Positions 42,441 to 54,822 of a stretch of 64,000 nucleotides of DNA are shown here, one piece after another. The stretch spans positions 2,694,462 through 2,758,461 of the forward strand of contig NW_002060943.1 in NCBI RefSeq assembly GCF_000150275.1, read 5' to 3'. Under the pieces are notes generated by a model. The model made no database searches, was not told the DNA's origin, and was given only the letters and a program-made list of their open reading frames with translations. How positions within the stretch are numbered: position 1 is the first letter of the stretch; each line of letters starts with the position of its first letter. This DNA is from Trichoplax adhaerens (Eukaryota; Animalia; Placozoa). Made by a program: the position numbers and the translations under genes.

Positions 42441-43729
42441 GTAATTTCTTTATCATCACTGCATGCCTCTTCTGAATAACATCGCGCTATTCCTGCTGAT
42501 AGTTTACAATACAGAATGAGATTATTTTACTTCTATCAAAGTACAACTATCCTACACCACTGGTGACAAAGTAAAACTACATACTACTTCTTGACAACCA
42601 AGATTATAGTCTTGACAATTCAATAGTAATTGATAAACTAGTTGACTAACTAATTAAAAAGCGGTCCCCAGGTACCAGCCTTTTATAGTCTCGTCAGAAG
42701 CTCCTGGTGCAAATAAAGTAAAACTATCCTTCTAAAGTTATATGGATAAAATTGTCATTGACAGAGGCGAAGAATTTAACCAATTGATTTGCAGTTCCTT
42801 TATTAATAGGTCCTAATCTTCCAAAGTATAGTATAACGGTTATATCCTATCCATGTGCGAACATTTGCTTTGTCCTTATAACATCAAGTAATTTGACTGA
42901 TGAACTTACAAATTCTGTATCAAATTGATCCCAAATTTTGAATGATTGCTGTAATAATGATTAGCATTTATTTGTATTCTATTAGCATACTGTATTTGGA
43001 AGGACTACAAAAGTTAACAAATCTATCCGCGATTTTCTTTATCCTATCGGCCTTTTCTCCAATAATAAGACTTTTTTGATAAATTTATGTTATTATAGAA
43101 TCTAATCATATAATAGATCCATCTTAATAGCAGTTTATCACATCAATAAATATATATTTTGTCATTAATTTTATTGCAGTAGGCGAGAATGTTTCTATTT
43201 TATCTCAAATTCTGTGATATCGAAGTAACATCGATCAAAGTACGTTATCAAGTTAAATTAATTTCCAAAATCCTAAGCTAGTCAGGTCTTAAAATTAATG
43301 GCAACCTGTTTGTCCGTAAGCTTCAAAACCAATTTAGAGGAATTACTATTGATAGTATTACTACGACAAATTCTTATTTTCAATTTAAATTCTTTCGCTT
43401 TGCCTCAGACTCTAGAGAGTAATAACACTAGATAATAATTTCAATCCATGTGAAATTTTTTAAATCTTGTGAAGTGTTTGCATTAAATTACAAGATATAG
43501 TTTCAATCAATCTTAAGAATAATTTCCTATAAATGAATAGAGTTAAATCTGGTAGATAATTATTTTATCGAAGTGGATATTAAAGGCACAAGCAAGTAAT
43601 ATCACGATATTGGTTTAATTGACTTGAAAGAATAATTTTCTATAAATAAAATTGTTAATTTTGATAGACAAGTGTTTCCTGAAGTGGATATTGACGAAAC
43701 AAACAAGTAGTATTAGCGAGTGAATAGGA

Positions 43730-45649
43730 TTATTCCATCAAAAGGGTTTCTTTATCGCATCTTGCCTTTCGAAGGATGTCATAAATTTTATCCTTAACAA
43801 CTTGCAGTAACCTTTTGTTTTTGAATGTGTGCATTTCCGCCGCTACATATTGGCCGAATGAGTCAATATGGTCCATTTGAATTACTTTTGGAAGGTAATA
43901 TTGTATGTTTGCGTCTTTTACGTTAGGAAATGATTGGCAAGCTTCCTGTTGATCATCAACATTTGTAGTAGGTAAGGATAGTCTTTTCCTCTTCATAGTT
44001 ACTCCACATGGCTTTTCGAGTCCGTTTACTATGCCAATAGAATTGTCCTAATTCCAACATAATTTAAAATTTAAATTTGCAATGGTCATAAATAAACCGT
44101 AATTTAAGTTGCGCATAGTGTCCTTACATTACATGCAATGCTATGATTATTTTCTGGCCCTTCGCTAAAGGAATTATTACTTTCTTCCATGCTTTTCTAC
44201 AGATTTATATGGCATAATTCATGATGATGCTCATTAATTAAACTATTTTAATTATTTGAAAATAAAATTTATCATATGCAATATTAAATATAGGGCTAAG
44301 GTAGTGGCTAGGATTTATGCTTGCTTACCAAAGTATTAATTGAACAGGATTGGACAGGAATATTGAGGGAACAATCCTCTAAGTCTTTCTACAATTTTGA
44401 ATTGAATACATTGCATCATTCACATATACTACCGGAGTTCGTTAACAGTTAATTATTAATTTTCATACCTTAACACCTTTTTCCGTTTCGGTCTAAAAAA
44501 TTAAATGTGTAAACTTAATGTTCTGCAAGATTACAAAATTTAGGAATAGTCTATCTTAGAGTTTTAGCATGATAAAATCGCTCTACTACTGATGGATAGA
44601 ATTCAGTGTTCCAAGGCATTAGCAAATTTTGAAATAGTATACCCTATCTTACAGTTTAGCATGATAGAATCGCTCTATTGTTACTGATTGATAGAATTTG
44701 ATGTCTTATACAGTTACCAAATCTTTTAACAGTATACTCTATCTTAGAATTTTAGCGTGATTACATCACGCTACTGTTCCTGATTGATATAATCAAATAA
44801 AATCTACGCGATTAACAAATCTAGTATAAGTATACTCCTGTCTTAGGCTTGTAGCACGAAAGATTCGTTCTACTGTTACTGATTGGTAGCATTTAGCGTT
44901 CTATACGATTAATTAATCTTGAAATAGTATCTCGTAATTTGTAGATTTCGAGCACTGTTAATAGGGACTACATGATAGAATCACTTTACCGCTACTGGCG
45001 GATAAAATTGAGTGTTTTACACAATTAACAAATCTTGAAATAGTACATCGTAATCTGCAGATTTAGAACCTTTGTTAACAGTAACTACAATGAGATATAA
45101 TCGCTTTACTCTTACTAGCTATTAGAAATTTGTGCTATACACGATTAAATTATCCTGAAATAGTACACCAATAGATTAGGTTGATAGCATGATAAAATTG
45201 CTTTACTGTTAGTAGTTGGTAGAACGCTATGTTCTACTTGATTTACAAGTCTTGCAATGATGTGCTGCTAGGTAGGTTGTTAGGCTATGACAGAATTGAC
45301 TTACTTTTACTGATTGACAGAACTCGGTAAGAAATTCCAATTCTTTATAATATTGCCAATCGGATGTTGAGGGATTGCCATCTTCGATACCATATTGATC
45401 AGCTAACAAGAGTTTTCGGCGTTCACGATAAAATTTCAGACGTAAAGTATGACATTTTCTTTCTATTTCACTTTGACTTATGTTTAGTTTAGTCCCAATA
45501 TCAGCCCAAGTATGTTTTCTATTTTCTCGATCAGTGTAGGAAGGATGCTTTAAATCCCATAGATGCGGCTGCTCGCGAAAATCATGTATTAACTTCAATG
45601 TTAAATCTGGTGTCCATGCTACACAGGTGTTTAGATCAACTTCGGCCAT
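43730..45649 (-). CDS. MADF (Myb/SANT-like Adf-1) domain transcription factor with C-terminal BESS-like motif, 5 exons, ~271 aa
   Basis: Exons 45305-45649 (WTPDLTLKLIHDFREQPHLWD...RKHTWADIG...LRLKFYRE...WQYYKELEFL), 44469-44492, 44329-44388, 44128-44196 and 43730-44047 (DSFGQYVAAEMHTFKNKRLLQVVKDKIYDIL). All introns are phase 0, GT-AG. Confidence 0.85.
44550..45225. repeat. Degenerate ~90-bp minisatellite (~7 units) in MADF intron 1
   Basis: Recurrent tagcatgata(a/g)aatcgct..actgat.gataga..aaatcttgaaatagta unit. Confidence 0.8.
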
Positions 45650-45774
45650 AATATTTCAATTAGTGGCTGAAATTTCTAAAGACAAATGCACTTTAGATCA
45701 CAGGCAACCATTTTAGATTGGATAGAAGAAACCTGTAAATAATCCAATTGCATCATTTTGAGGGTTTTCAGAGA

Positions 45775-46340
45775 TTATTTAAATTTAATAATGTGTACTT
45801 ATTTTCGATCTTATACGAATTGGTGGAGTTAATTAATCGATATTTTTACCCCAGTTATCGTAGTTCATTTAAGGCAGCAATTATTATCGCAAATATTATT
45901 ACGTTGTATATTATTCAATCACTTTGCCGATTTAAATTTAATAACATGCATTCATTTTCAATCTTATACCGGTAGAAATTAAAAACTTAGCTAATTAATA
46001 GAGATTTCGAAACATGTTACAGCATTTAGGCAGCAACTACTGTATCCTTGCATACTATTCAATCGCTTCGCCTATTTAAATTTAATAACGTGCTTTTACT
46101 TTCAATCTCATACTGGTGGGAATGAAAAACTCAGCTAATTAATAGAAATTCTTGACACAAGTTATTAAAATTAATTTAAGGCACTAACAATTTCCTTACA
46201 TACTATTCAATTACTTCGCTGATTTAAATTTAATAACATGCACCCACTTTTAATCTTATACTGGTAGGGATGAAAAAGCGTAGCTAAATTAATAAAGATT
46301 TTGGCACAAGTTATTGGAGTTTATTTAAGGAAATAGCTTT
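45775..46340. repeat. Degenerate ~147-bp tandem repeat (4 units) upstream of the MADF gene
   Basis: atttaaatttaataa(c/t)..ttcaatct(t/c)atac.ggt unit at about 45778, 45930, 46075 and 46222. Confidence 0.8.
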
Positions 46341-47633
46341 TTCCTTGTAAACTAGTACATCAGCTCAACAAGTGGAAACTTATCAAGAGAAAGAGGAACA
46401 AAATCCATTATTTACAGATTGATTTTGCACTATAAATCTGCAAAAAGTAATACCGTTATTGGATTATATATCATGAATATTTTAACTTTGGCCGGTCCCT
46501 AACTTCATCATATTTGTTAGTATGTTATTTAAATAACTTTAATTAGATTAACAAATGTTATTAAGAACAAGGTATGGTATGCTCCTATTTTTAAAAAAGT
46601 AATTATGACTAATAATTGTTCAATATAATTAAAAATTAATTCGGGGTAAACCACAATATTGAGAAGCTAAAATCCATAGGTAAGCTCAACAGCTGCCGAG
46701 ATGAGCCTAGACTATAATTTGTTTACAAGCTATAATCAAGTGCTGCAGTTATGGCTTCTCGATCAAGTTATTTATGGATTCATTGCATTCCGATTTTAAC
46801 TTTGATCCATCGATCTTATGGTCATCTAAACCGAAAGGACTAAAGCTGTTGCTGTAGAGTTACTCGCGCTAAGAAGTTTATCGACAACATGCTCGCATAT
46901 TATTTTGAAAGTTAGTCAAAGCTTAATCTTTGGATACAGGTATAGCCTATCTTTATCATTGCTGAAAGATGATTTCGATATCTGCATAACTACAAAGGAT
47001 TTTCATTAAGTAATTCTTTCTTATTTGAATCAAAGCACTGTTTAATGCGGATAAAATTGGAATTCAGCGTCGATGGAATCAGAATTACCCGTCTTTGCTA
47101 TTCTATTTCTCAGGATACTAAAATGATATGTTGTTAAAGGCTTAGAAAGATCTTAAAGCCTAGTTTTATATCGAATAGAAGCAGTACAATTGACTTTCTT
47201 CTGTTATGATTTCTCCCTATTATCGAAATAGTAAATTATCTTACGCTATTAATGCTAAGTTTTCTTTAAATGGATCATTTAAGGGGAGCTAACCAACTTC
47301 TCTTCTTTTTTAAATTTTAAAGTCTGGAGAGTTTAAGGTTATATTATTAATTCGTTTCTTGTAGCTTCCTCTAATGAAGCAGTTCTATATTTCAAGCAGC
47401 AGATTTTTATTAACATTAAAATTGAATAAATATGCAAACAGCATCAGGGTAAATCAAATAAATTCTAAATAAAAATAGTATTTTTAATAAAAAATGAGAC
47501 AAACATCACTCTAACTAAGTATATTAATCGAAAGTAAGTGTTAACTACTAATTAATGATGATATTAGCTTACAAGAACTATTCTCTCTCTACTCATTCTT
47601 GAATTCCATGGACAATACACACACTAAAATAGT

Positions 47634-49575
47634 TTAAACTGGTACATATTTTTCCAACTTGGATGATTCATTAACACTCTTGACGATCAATGCTTCAAGC
47701 CTTTCCTGCACCTAATACAAGAACATTGAAAATTTACATCCTCTCTTAAATTAGGATCACATTTTCTTTGGAAGCACTTTTATAAAATTTGAAATATTTA
47801 CTTGAATGACAGCAGGTCTTTGCCTTACTATATCGGATAAACAAACTACTGCTAACTCTAATATTTTTTTCCTTGGTCGGCAGAACGTAGACTTTGTACA
47901 TTGCATTTTCCACGATATTCTCTTATCCTTCAACATTTTCCAGTTTTGATTTCTGGAACTAATCAAGTAATCCTTCTACAAAATAACATTTTATTCCATT
48001 TCACTCTCTTCGCCGAAATAACTGCCGTATTATATCAAAAAACATGATGTATTTTAATTATACCAGCAATGGTGGACGTCTGCCTTTTTCAAACACTTGC
48101 AGTCCGGAAGTTATTTCTAAACAAATCTGTTGAAATGGATAAATGAACTGAGTATCAAGGAACAGAGCAATAGCTTCCACACAAGGACATGTAGCAGACC
48201 TTATAAAACAACCACTTACTGCCCCAAAGCTGTATATATCATTGGATTTACGAATTATTCCAGCTAGAGCATCCTGACAGCTATATCCTATCTTTCCAAC
48301 ATGGCAAGGGATAGGAAATGTACTTCTATCAAGGTTCATTTTGTGAAGATTATAATCTAGACATCCATCGCTTAATTTCGCTTTAAGCGTTTCATCCAGT
48401 AAAATATTCTTACTAATTACACAAACAACGTTAGCTGTTGGATTTCTTGTAATCCTGCAATTGTACCTTTGATCTAATCTATCTACCTGGTTAAATTATT
48501 ATGGACCAATTGGCAATCATGAAGAAAAGCTAATCCATCGATAATGTTCTTCAATATTATCAATCTTTGCAGACAGCGAGGTACTGTGCTTTCCTAGAGG
48601 TAGTTTAAAGTTATCACTACATCAGCAATTTAGTTACAGAAAATTTGCATTAGTATACTGTATTAATATTGAGAGGGTTTGAAATTACCGAAGTAATTAA
48701 TAACTCTCGCAACGAAAACGGTAGATATTCCAGCAATAGACCTCCAAGAGATGGATGATATGAATGCAGCATCCGTAGATTATCATGTTTTAAGCTAACG
48801 TTGGAAAGATGAAATTCAATTTACTGCTGCTATTCTAATCATTAGTCTTAACCTTCATCGATGCAAGTGTTAGAAATACCTTAGCAGATATTTAAAAGTA
48901 TATCTTTTGTCCGTTAAGTATTCTTTCATCTAAAAGATATTGCATCGTAGCTTAGATATGATATCGAAGCGCTTCATTTTAAATTCTTGTAGCCATAACT
49001 AAGATAGAAGCCTAATCGAAAAAGTAACCTGCGGGTTCCATTTCTTAAATGCGTATGTGACATCGCTAATTGTTATCTGGTAAGTAGTGCTATAATATCC
49101 AGGTTTACAGGTGCCTACATCTAAAGCCTGCTGTATAGTCTGGATAAGCAATGTTCAAAACCAGAATCATCAGCACAATTTACATTAGATAAAGAAAGAG
49201 ATGATTCAATATTAGCCTCAAAGAACTTGATGTTAACAGTATTATAATTACATTAAATAGTTTACCGAATCTGATAGCATGGGCATAGAATAATATGGCA
49301 TTCCCGAGAATGGATATTTTCCCCCTTCCATAATGTTAATATAGACGTCATCGTGACCAGATTTATAACAGCACCATTCATCCAATTGACGTCGAAGGCA
49401 TGTCTAAATGAAATATGCGGAAATATTTGTATTGTGTAATAAAAAATTATTCATTATAGCCGATGTTATCTTTCATTTTTCAGTCGTGCAAGGCTTAATT
49501 AGTTCATTATCTTACCCAACATGAAATTTTTTCTTCCTGTAAATGGAAGTTAGGAACATCCTGGTCCGTCATTAT
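47634..49575 (-). CDS. IRAK/Pelle-like pseudokinase K1 (HNN/DGC)
   Basis: Exons 49516-49575 (or from ATG 49572), 49266-49403, 49029-49130 (YAFKK), 48880-48929, 48689-48794 (LKHDNL..LLLEYL), 48487-48593 (GLAFLH..LVHNNLTS), 48220-48412 (KNILLDETLKAKLSDGC..DIYSFGA), 48064-48126, 47802-47975 and 47634-47711. The frame is intact; the 5' end is uncertain. Confidence 0.8.
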
Positions 49576-52500
49576 CTATCCATTAGTATATCAATGCAAT
49601 AAAACTGCTGCTTCTTGAGATATTTCTTTTAATAACTGAGATTGAATATGGATGGTGCACTAGAGCACTTTATAGATTTATGAAATAATGATGAACTAAA
49701 AGGACCTGCTACTACTTGAGATATCGCTTCTAGTAACTGAGATTAAATGTGGATAGTGCACTAGAGCACTTTAAAGGTTTATGAGATAATGATAAAATTA
49801 ATTTATTTTTATAAAAATAAACTTTAATAAAGGTCAATATACATAGGATACCAAAAATACTGCTTTGGGTAGCAGTAAACACTACGGCTGTAATAGACTG
49901 AATTAGTATCGGTATCGGTATGAAATCTTTGCTTCAATTTTGAATAGAACAGCGCCTAGACCTGGTGATAGTCATTTCCTCTTGGTGTTTATTTTTATTA
50001 AGGAAAATAATTATGATGTCATATTCATAAAGTATCAGTAATGAGTAATAGAATTGGAATTGTAGCTTTCTGTGCAATCTGCTACGAAGAAATGGCTTTT
50101 GCTACAGATGTGTTTAGGTTAATTAATTAATTTACAAAATTCTCAAAATTTCATTATAAATTTTGGATCGCTTTCAGCATAAAGTCATTCTAGACATGAA
50201 AGTCTAATCAGTCTGTAATCAATTCATATTGTACCACTTTTCTAGCGATACCGATGAAAAGAGGCAACGGGATAGAGCAAATAAGCTATGTAAGCAGCCT
50301 CATTAACTCTACGGCTTAAATGCACCAATTAATTTTACCGGCGATTTTTGTTTATAATTATGCGGTGATATTTTCCCTTCATTTAGAATTTGCCCAAAAA
50401 TTAAGCTATAGCAGGCTCACAAATAAGCAAAGATTCTATTAAAGCAAAAGCAATCATCCCTGTTTTCTGATTTTACTACGCCATGCACACCAAATTTACT
50501 TCTACAACAAATAGAAGCATCCTCATGTCAAGAATCAGGGCATGATTACGAAGAGGTGCAAGAAAAATGACCAGTATACACCCTTACTATGTACTGATTT
50601 TACACCTGTCAGCTAGAAGAATGATCGTTAAAATTGTTGTCTATAGAGAAACCTTTGTATTAATGCAGCTTACAGTTAATAAAACACAATCCTTGTATAA
50701 TTGCATTATTTCTGTGAGAGTTTACACGAACACAGGTGTTAGCAATGAAAGGATGAAAATTACTACGACTTGCACCTTTGATTTCTAATTTGCTACAATT
50801 GGTAATAGCTTTTAAACTGCCCTAGTTTATCCTACTTTGTATCTACTATTTAGCGCTATGTAGACACTATGGATTTAGGAATCTTTAAAATAAGTTAGGC
50901 AAAGCTCACTAAAACTGCGGTATATCCATATCGGATTTCTAAATTCAATAGCGATCTATCAATAAAGCAGCTATGAGCTTCGAGGATAACACTATCCACC
51001 GACTTTACCCTTAAAAATGCCCAGGGACTACTACCAGCTAATTTTAGTACTTTTCCTCCAATTTTTACACTGTAGAAGTAGTATTATTTCCCATTTCTTT
51101 TCTTTTACATGAGGGGATGTAGATTGGGGAAAGTACAATAATTAGTCGGTATAAGTCTCTGAAAATACAGATAATAAGACACGATTGAAAACTTCATTTG
51201 CATGCTTCATAGTAATATGTACTATAGACCTAATTTTTAACCATTTATTCATCAGCTCAAACCGCTTAGCATAAGACTTTCCTTTAACAAACTCAATAAA
51301 GCTCAGAGTAGGTAATTATTCTTTATTATTAAAAATCTAAAAAATTGCACCAAAATGGACTTTTTAGAACTTATCGAGAGGTATCGCAGTTCTAGCACAT
51401 ATTCTAATAACGTATTAACCATTTTTGCACCATTAGATACATGTCATGATGAACACAATATTGAAAATTAAAGGCTTTCTAAGCCAAACGAAGACTACAG
51501 TACTAATGCAAGTAAATAAAAAATTTAAGTTGATTTCACACTCTTTTAGTGCTATCAAAATTACTGCGTTAAATAAGGTAAAGAGTAAACTGCACTATTC
51601 GTAAGTTTTGACGAGCTATAAAATTAAATCGATGTGATCATCATGCAAAATGATGTCATGCGTTACTTGGAATCCAAAAACTTATCATGAGCTTATAGGC
51701 TAACATGTATAGCGTAAATTAACATTAGATAGATTTCATTATGGAATTGTGAGTGCATTTGCATCATCAGGCATTTTCAGTTGCTTTATGCATATCCGTG
51801 CTGTTATTTCTGGAAAACATTCTTACGCAAATTGTTTAAGAATACTAATAAATTCTTGCACGCACGATTTAAATTCAAGAGCACGTTTAATATTTATATC
51901 TTTTTGCATTTATATAAGGAAATATTTAAACCAATTTACTCCAGCATATATAATAAAACGGCGAATAGTACAGCCAGATATTTCTCCAAATAATTTTCTA
52001 TCGTGAACGGTATAACCTCTCTAACAAGTATCTTACTTCGCAATACTTAGCATTGATTCAAATGAGAGATAATAAAATGTTATATAAGACAGCATATGGT
52101 TCGATATTTTTCCCAACAATTTTCTATCAAAAACAGAATGACCTCTGTAGTATGTATTTTACTTTGCAGGGTATATCATTGATTTAAAGAGGAAATATTG
52201 AAATATTATTAGTCTTAATGTTTTTCCAATTTTTTCTTAATAAAAATGTGATAGATCTCATAAATAGATATCATATATAAAATTGAATTAGGATAAAATG
52301 ACGGGCACCCAAGCTGAGATATGCGACATTATGGAGGAAATCTAATCGAATTTCGATGACCCATTGAATGAAACACCGAATTAATCCCAAATTTGATAAC
52401 TGATCAAGAATGGTAATATCAATAAGCACCGTTAGTAATTATGTTCCACTAGTATACAGTAATGAGCATTTACTCATTTGTGTCACTAAATTTCAGAATT

Positions 52501-54822
52501 TTAAATAGCAATTTTTCGTTCCATCGTATCAGATCTGTAAATAAGCTAGAATTATCTAATATGAAATAGGCTTGTACCATATATATTCAATCATGCTAAC
52601 TTATTTAACAGGTGTCGTTAACCTTTGCTCGTCGAGGGAATCCAAGCACGCAATTACCTATTATAAGAATTGAATAAAAATTAGCTCTTATTGTATGTTG
52701 CATTTACTATTATCAAGCATTAAATGTAGCCTGCCTTCTTCAGAGATAGCCTTATAGATGGTCGCTCTTGCAAACACCCAAAAGCTAAATTCTGTAGCGT
52801 TTTTTCAATATTATATGGCCAGTGAGCGTAGGGATCACGAGGAAATACACATTTATTCTCCTCACATACTCGGTAATACTGGACCTGAAGTATGAATAAG
52901 TAACTGTCTGATTACTAAAGAGTATCGAGTTTAGACGACAAAGTAAGACCAACATTAGCATTCGTTAAAGCAATATGATATCTTTAATATAATTAAACCA
53001 TTCAACTTATCATGTTTGATGAAAATATGTAGTCTTTTTTACATTTATAAACTAGACTTACCAGAGTTTGAAACCCTTGAAAAGGAGATAAATAAGGCCG
53101 GCCGGATAGAACTTCTAGCAGTACCTGCAATAATAATTTTCATTCACATCTTTTTAATCAAGAAGGACAGATCATGTCTTTAAAATTAGATTATACTCAT
53201 GTATTAAGAACAAATTTAGCTGCGGCTCCTATTAATAGCAATTGATACTAGTAACTTACAGATCCAAAGCCATAGACGTCATATCCTAGGGTTATTTCAC
53301 CGCGAAAAGCTTCAGGTGGTATTCGAGTATAGCCAAGACTGCCTTGTAAAATAGCAATCTCATCATCGAATTGATTTCTAGGAATGCGCGCCTTGGTTAA
53401 TTTTGATTGATCGAACTTGCCAATTTTAGCCACATAGTGGGAATCGAGTAGGATATTTTCTGTTCTGATATCGCCGTGAATTAATGACTTCAGGAAGGCA
53501 GAATGAAGATATTGAATTCCTTGAGCAGTCCCAAGGCAAATTTGCAGCCTATACCAGCAATTTAATTGCGGATTCTGCAATATATAAATAAATGATATCA
53601 TTTTAAGCCTATATATCCATCTAATGCTTTAAATGAACCATCGATCTTTTTTTACTGTTTCGAACCTGATCTTGTAAGTGTTGGCATAAATTGCCATTTT
53701 CTACGTATTCCATAATGTAGCATAGCTGATTGTCGATTTCAACACATTGATGAAACTGAATAACATTGCGATGCTTATATCTATCAAATTAATAAAGTGT
53801 AGTTATGGCTGTTTAGCGATCTGCTAAAAATAGAACCATTCTTTTGAATTCATATTTAATAACTAGTGTCTAACTTCAAAAATCTTAAACATTTCATGGG
53901 ATTTAGTGCTGAGCAATAAAGATATGATCATCGGACTAGTTGAATTAAAGCATTTACTTCAATTGTATTTGATTTAAAGAGCTTAGACTTTTCGTGAAAT
54001 GGAATGGTTACTAATATGTAATGCTTAATGATATAGTACTAACCGACGAAGAAATTGACTTTCTTTGGCGGCATTAACGGAAACCTGTATCGATATGATT
54101 AGATATTAATCAATGTGCAATGCTGTGATACTGAAATTGAGGCTGTAATATTATGAAGATAAACGACCTTCTCTTAAACTTAAAAAGCATTGCAGTACGG
54201 TAACGAAGATTAATTTACAAAGTAATTTAATACATTTCGCTAAGAAAATCTGGCAAGGAACGAATATTATCCTCGAAGATATAAGCGATACCGCTAGTTT
54301 ACAACTGCTTACGTTATATTTTGTCATTCTCTTAATGGCTACACGACCATATGCGCGAATTTGACACAGATAGATTTCACTAAATGTGCCTTGATTAACT
54401 CGATGTTTCGGAGCAAAGTTATTCGTTTGTTGGATAATCTCCTGTTGTGGTAGTCAATCAAGTAGTTTAAACGAAAATTAATTCTGGATAAAAAGGGATT
54501 GAAATTCACGAAGATCAGATTGCATAAGTACGGTACTTCTGAAATGATCGATAGAAAAAAAATACATTTTACCTGGACAGTATCCAAGTTTGCTCGCTTG
54601 ATTTTACTTAGGCGCTGATCAAAGGCAAAGTGATGATATTAATATAATTACATTAAATGTGATTGGCTATTTATCTTTAATTTCACTGGCATGGATTATA
54701 TGTAATCTTCTTATCCTATCCACCAGTTAAATATTTTAATTCTTTCTAGTTCCTACCATTTCTTTTCTTTTTTCATATATATTGATCACTTCCGTTTTCC
54801 AACAAGAGAACAAGCATCCCAT
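52501..54822 (-). CDS. N-myristoylated IRAK/Pelle/RLCK-like pseudokinase K2 (HGD/KFD)
   Basis: Exons 54790-54822 (MGCLFSCWKTE), 54573-54614, 54313-54441 (QTNNF..NQGTFSEIY..VAIK), 54044-54084, 53666-53780, 53260-53574 (IHGDIRTENILLD..AKIGKFD..PPE..DVYGFG), 53062-53124, 52735-52884, 52623-52657 and 52501-52534. Confidence 0.82.

Noticed and set aside
44550-46340. CRISPR-like array
   Set aside because: The units are degenerate along their full length with no unique spacers, and the context is eukaryotic with no cas genes.
43730-47500. Intact Harbinger/PIF transposon around the MADF gene
   Set aside because: No DDE nuclease ORF, terminal inverted repeats or target-site duplication were seen.
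51068-51094. Minus-strand ATG giving MGNNTTST, a possible myristoylated first exon for K1
   Set aside because: The splice donor is weak and I found no supportable exon chain across 1.5 kb to K1. An in-frame ATG exists at 49572. Left unresolved.
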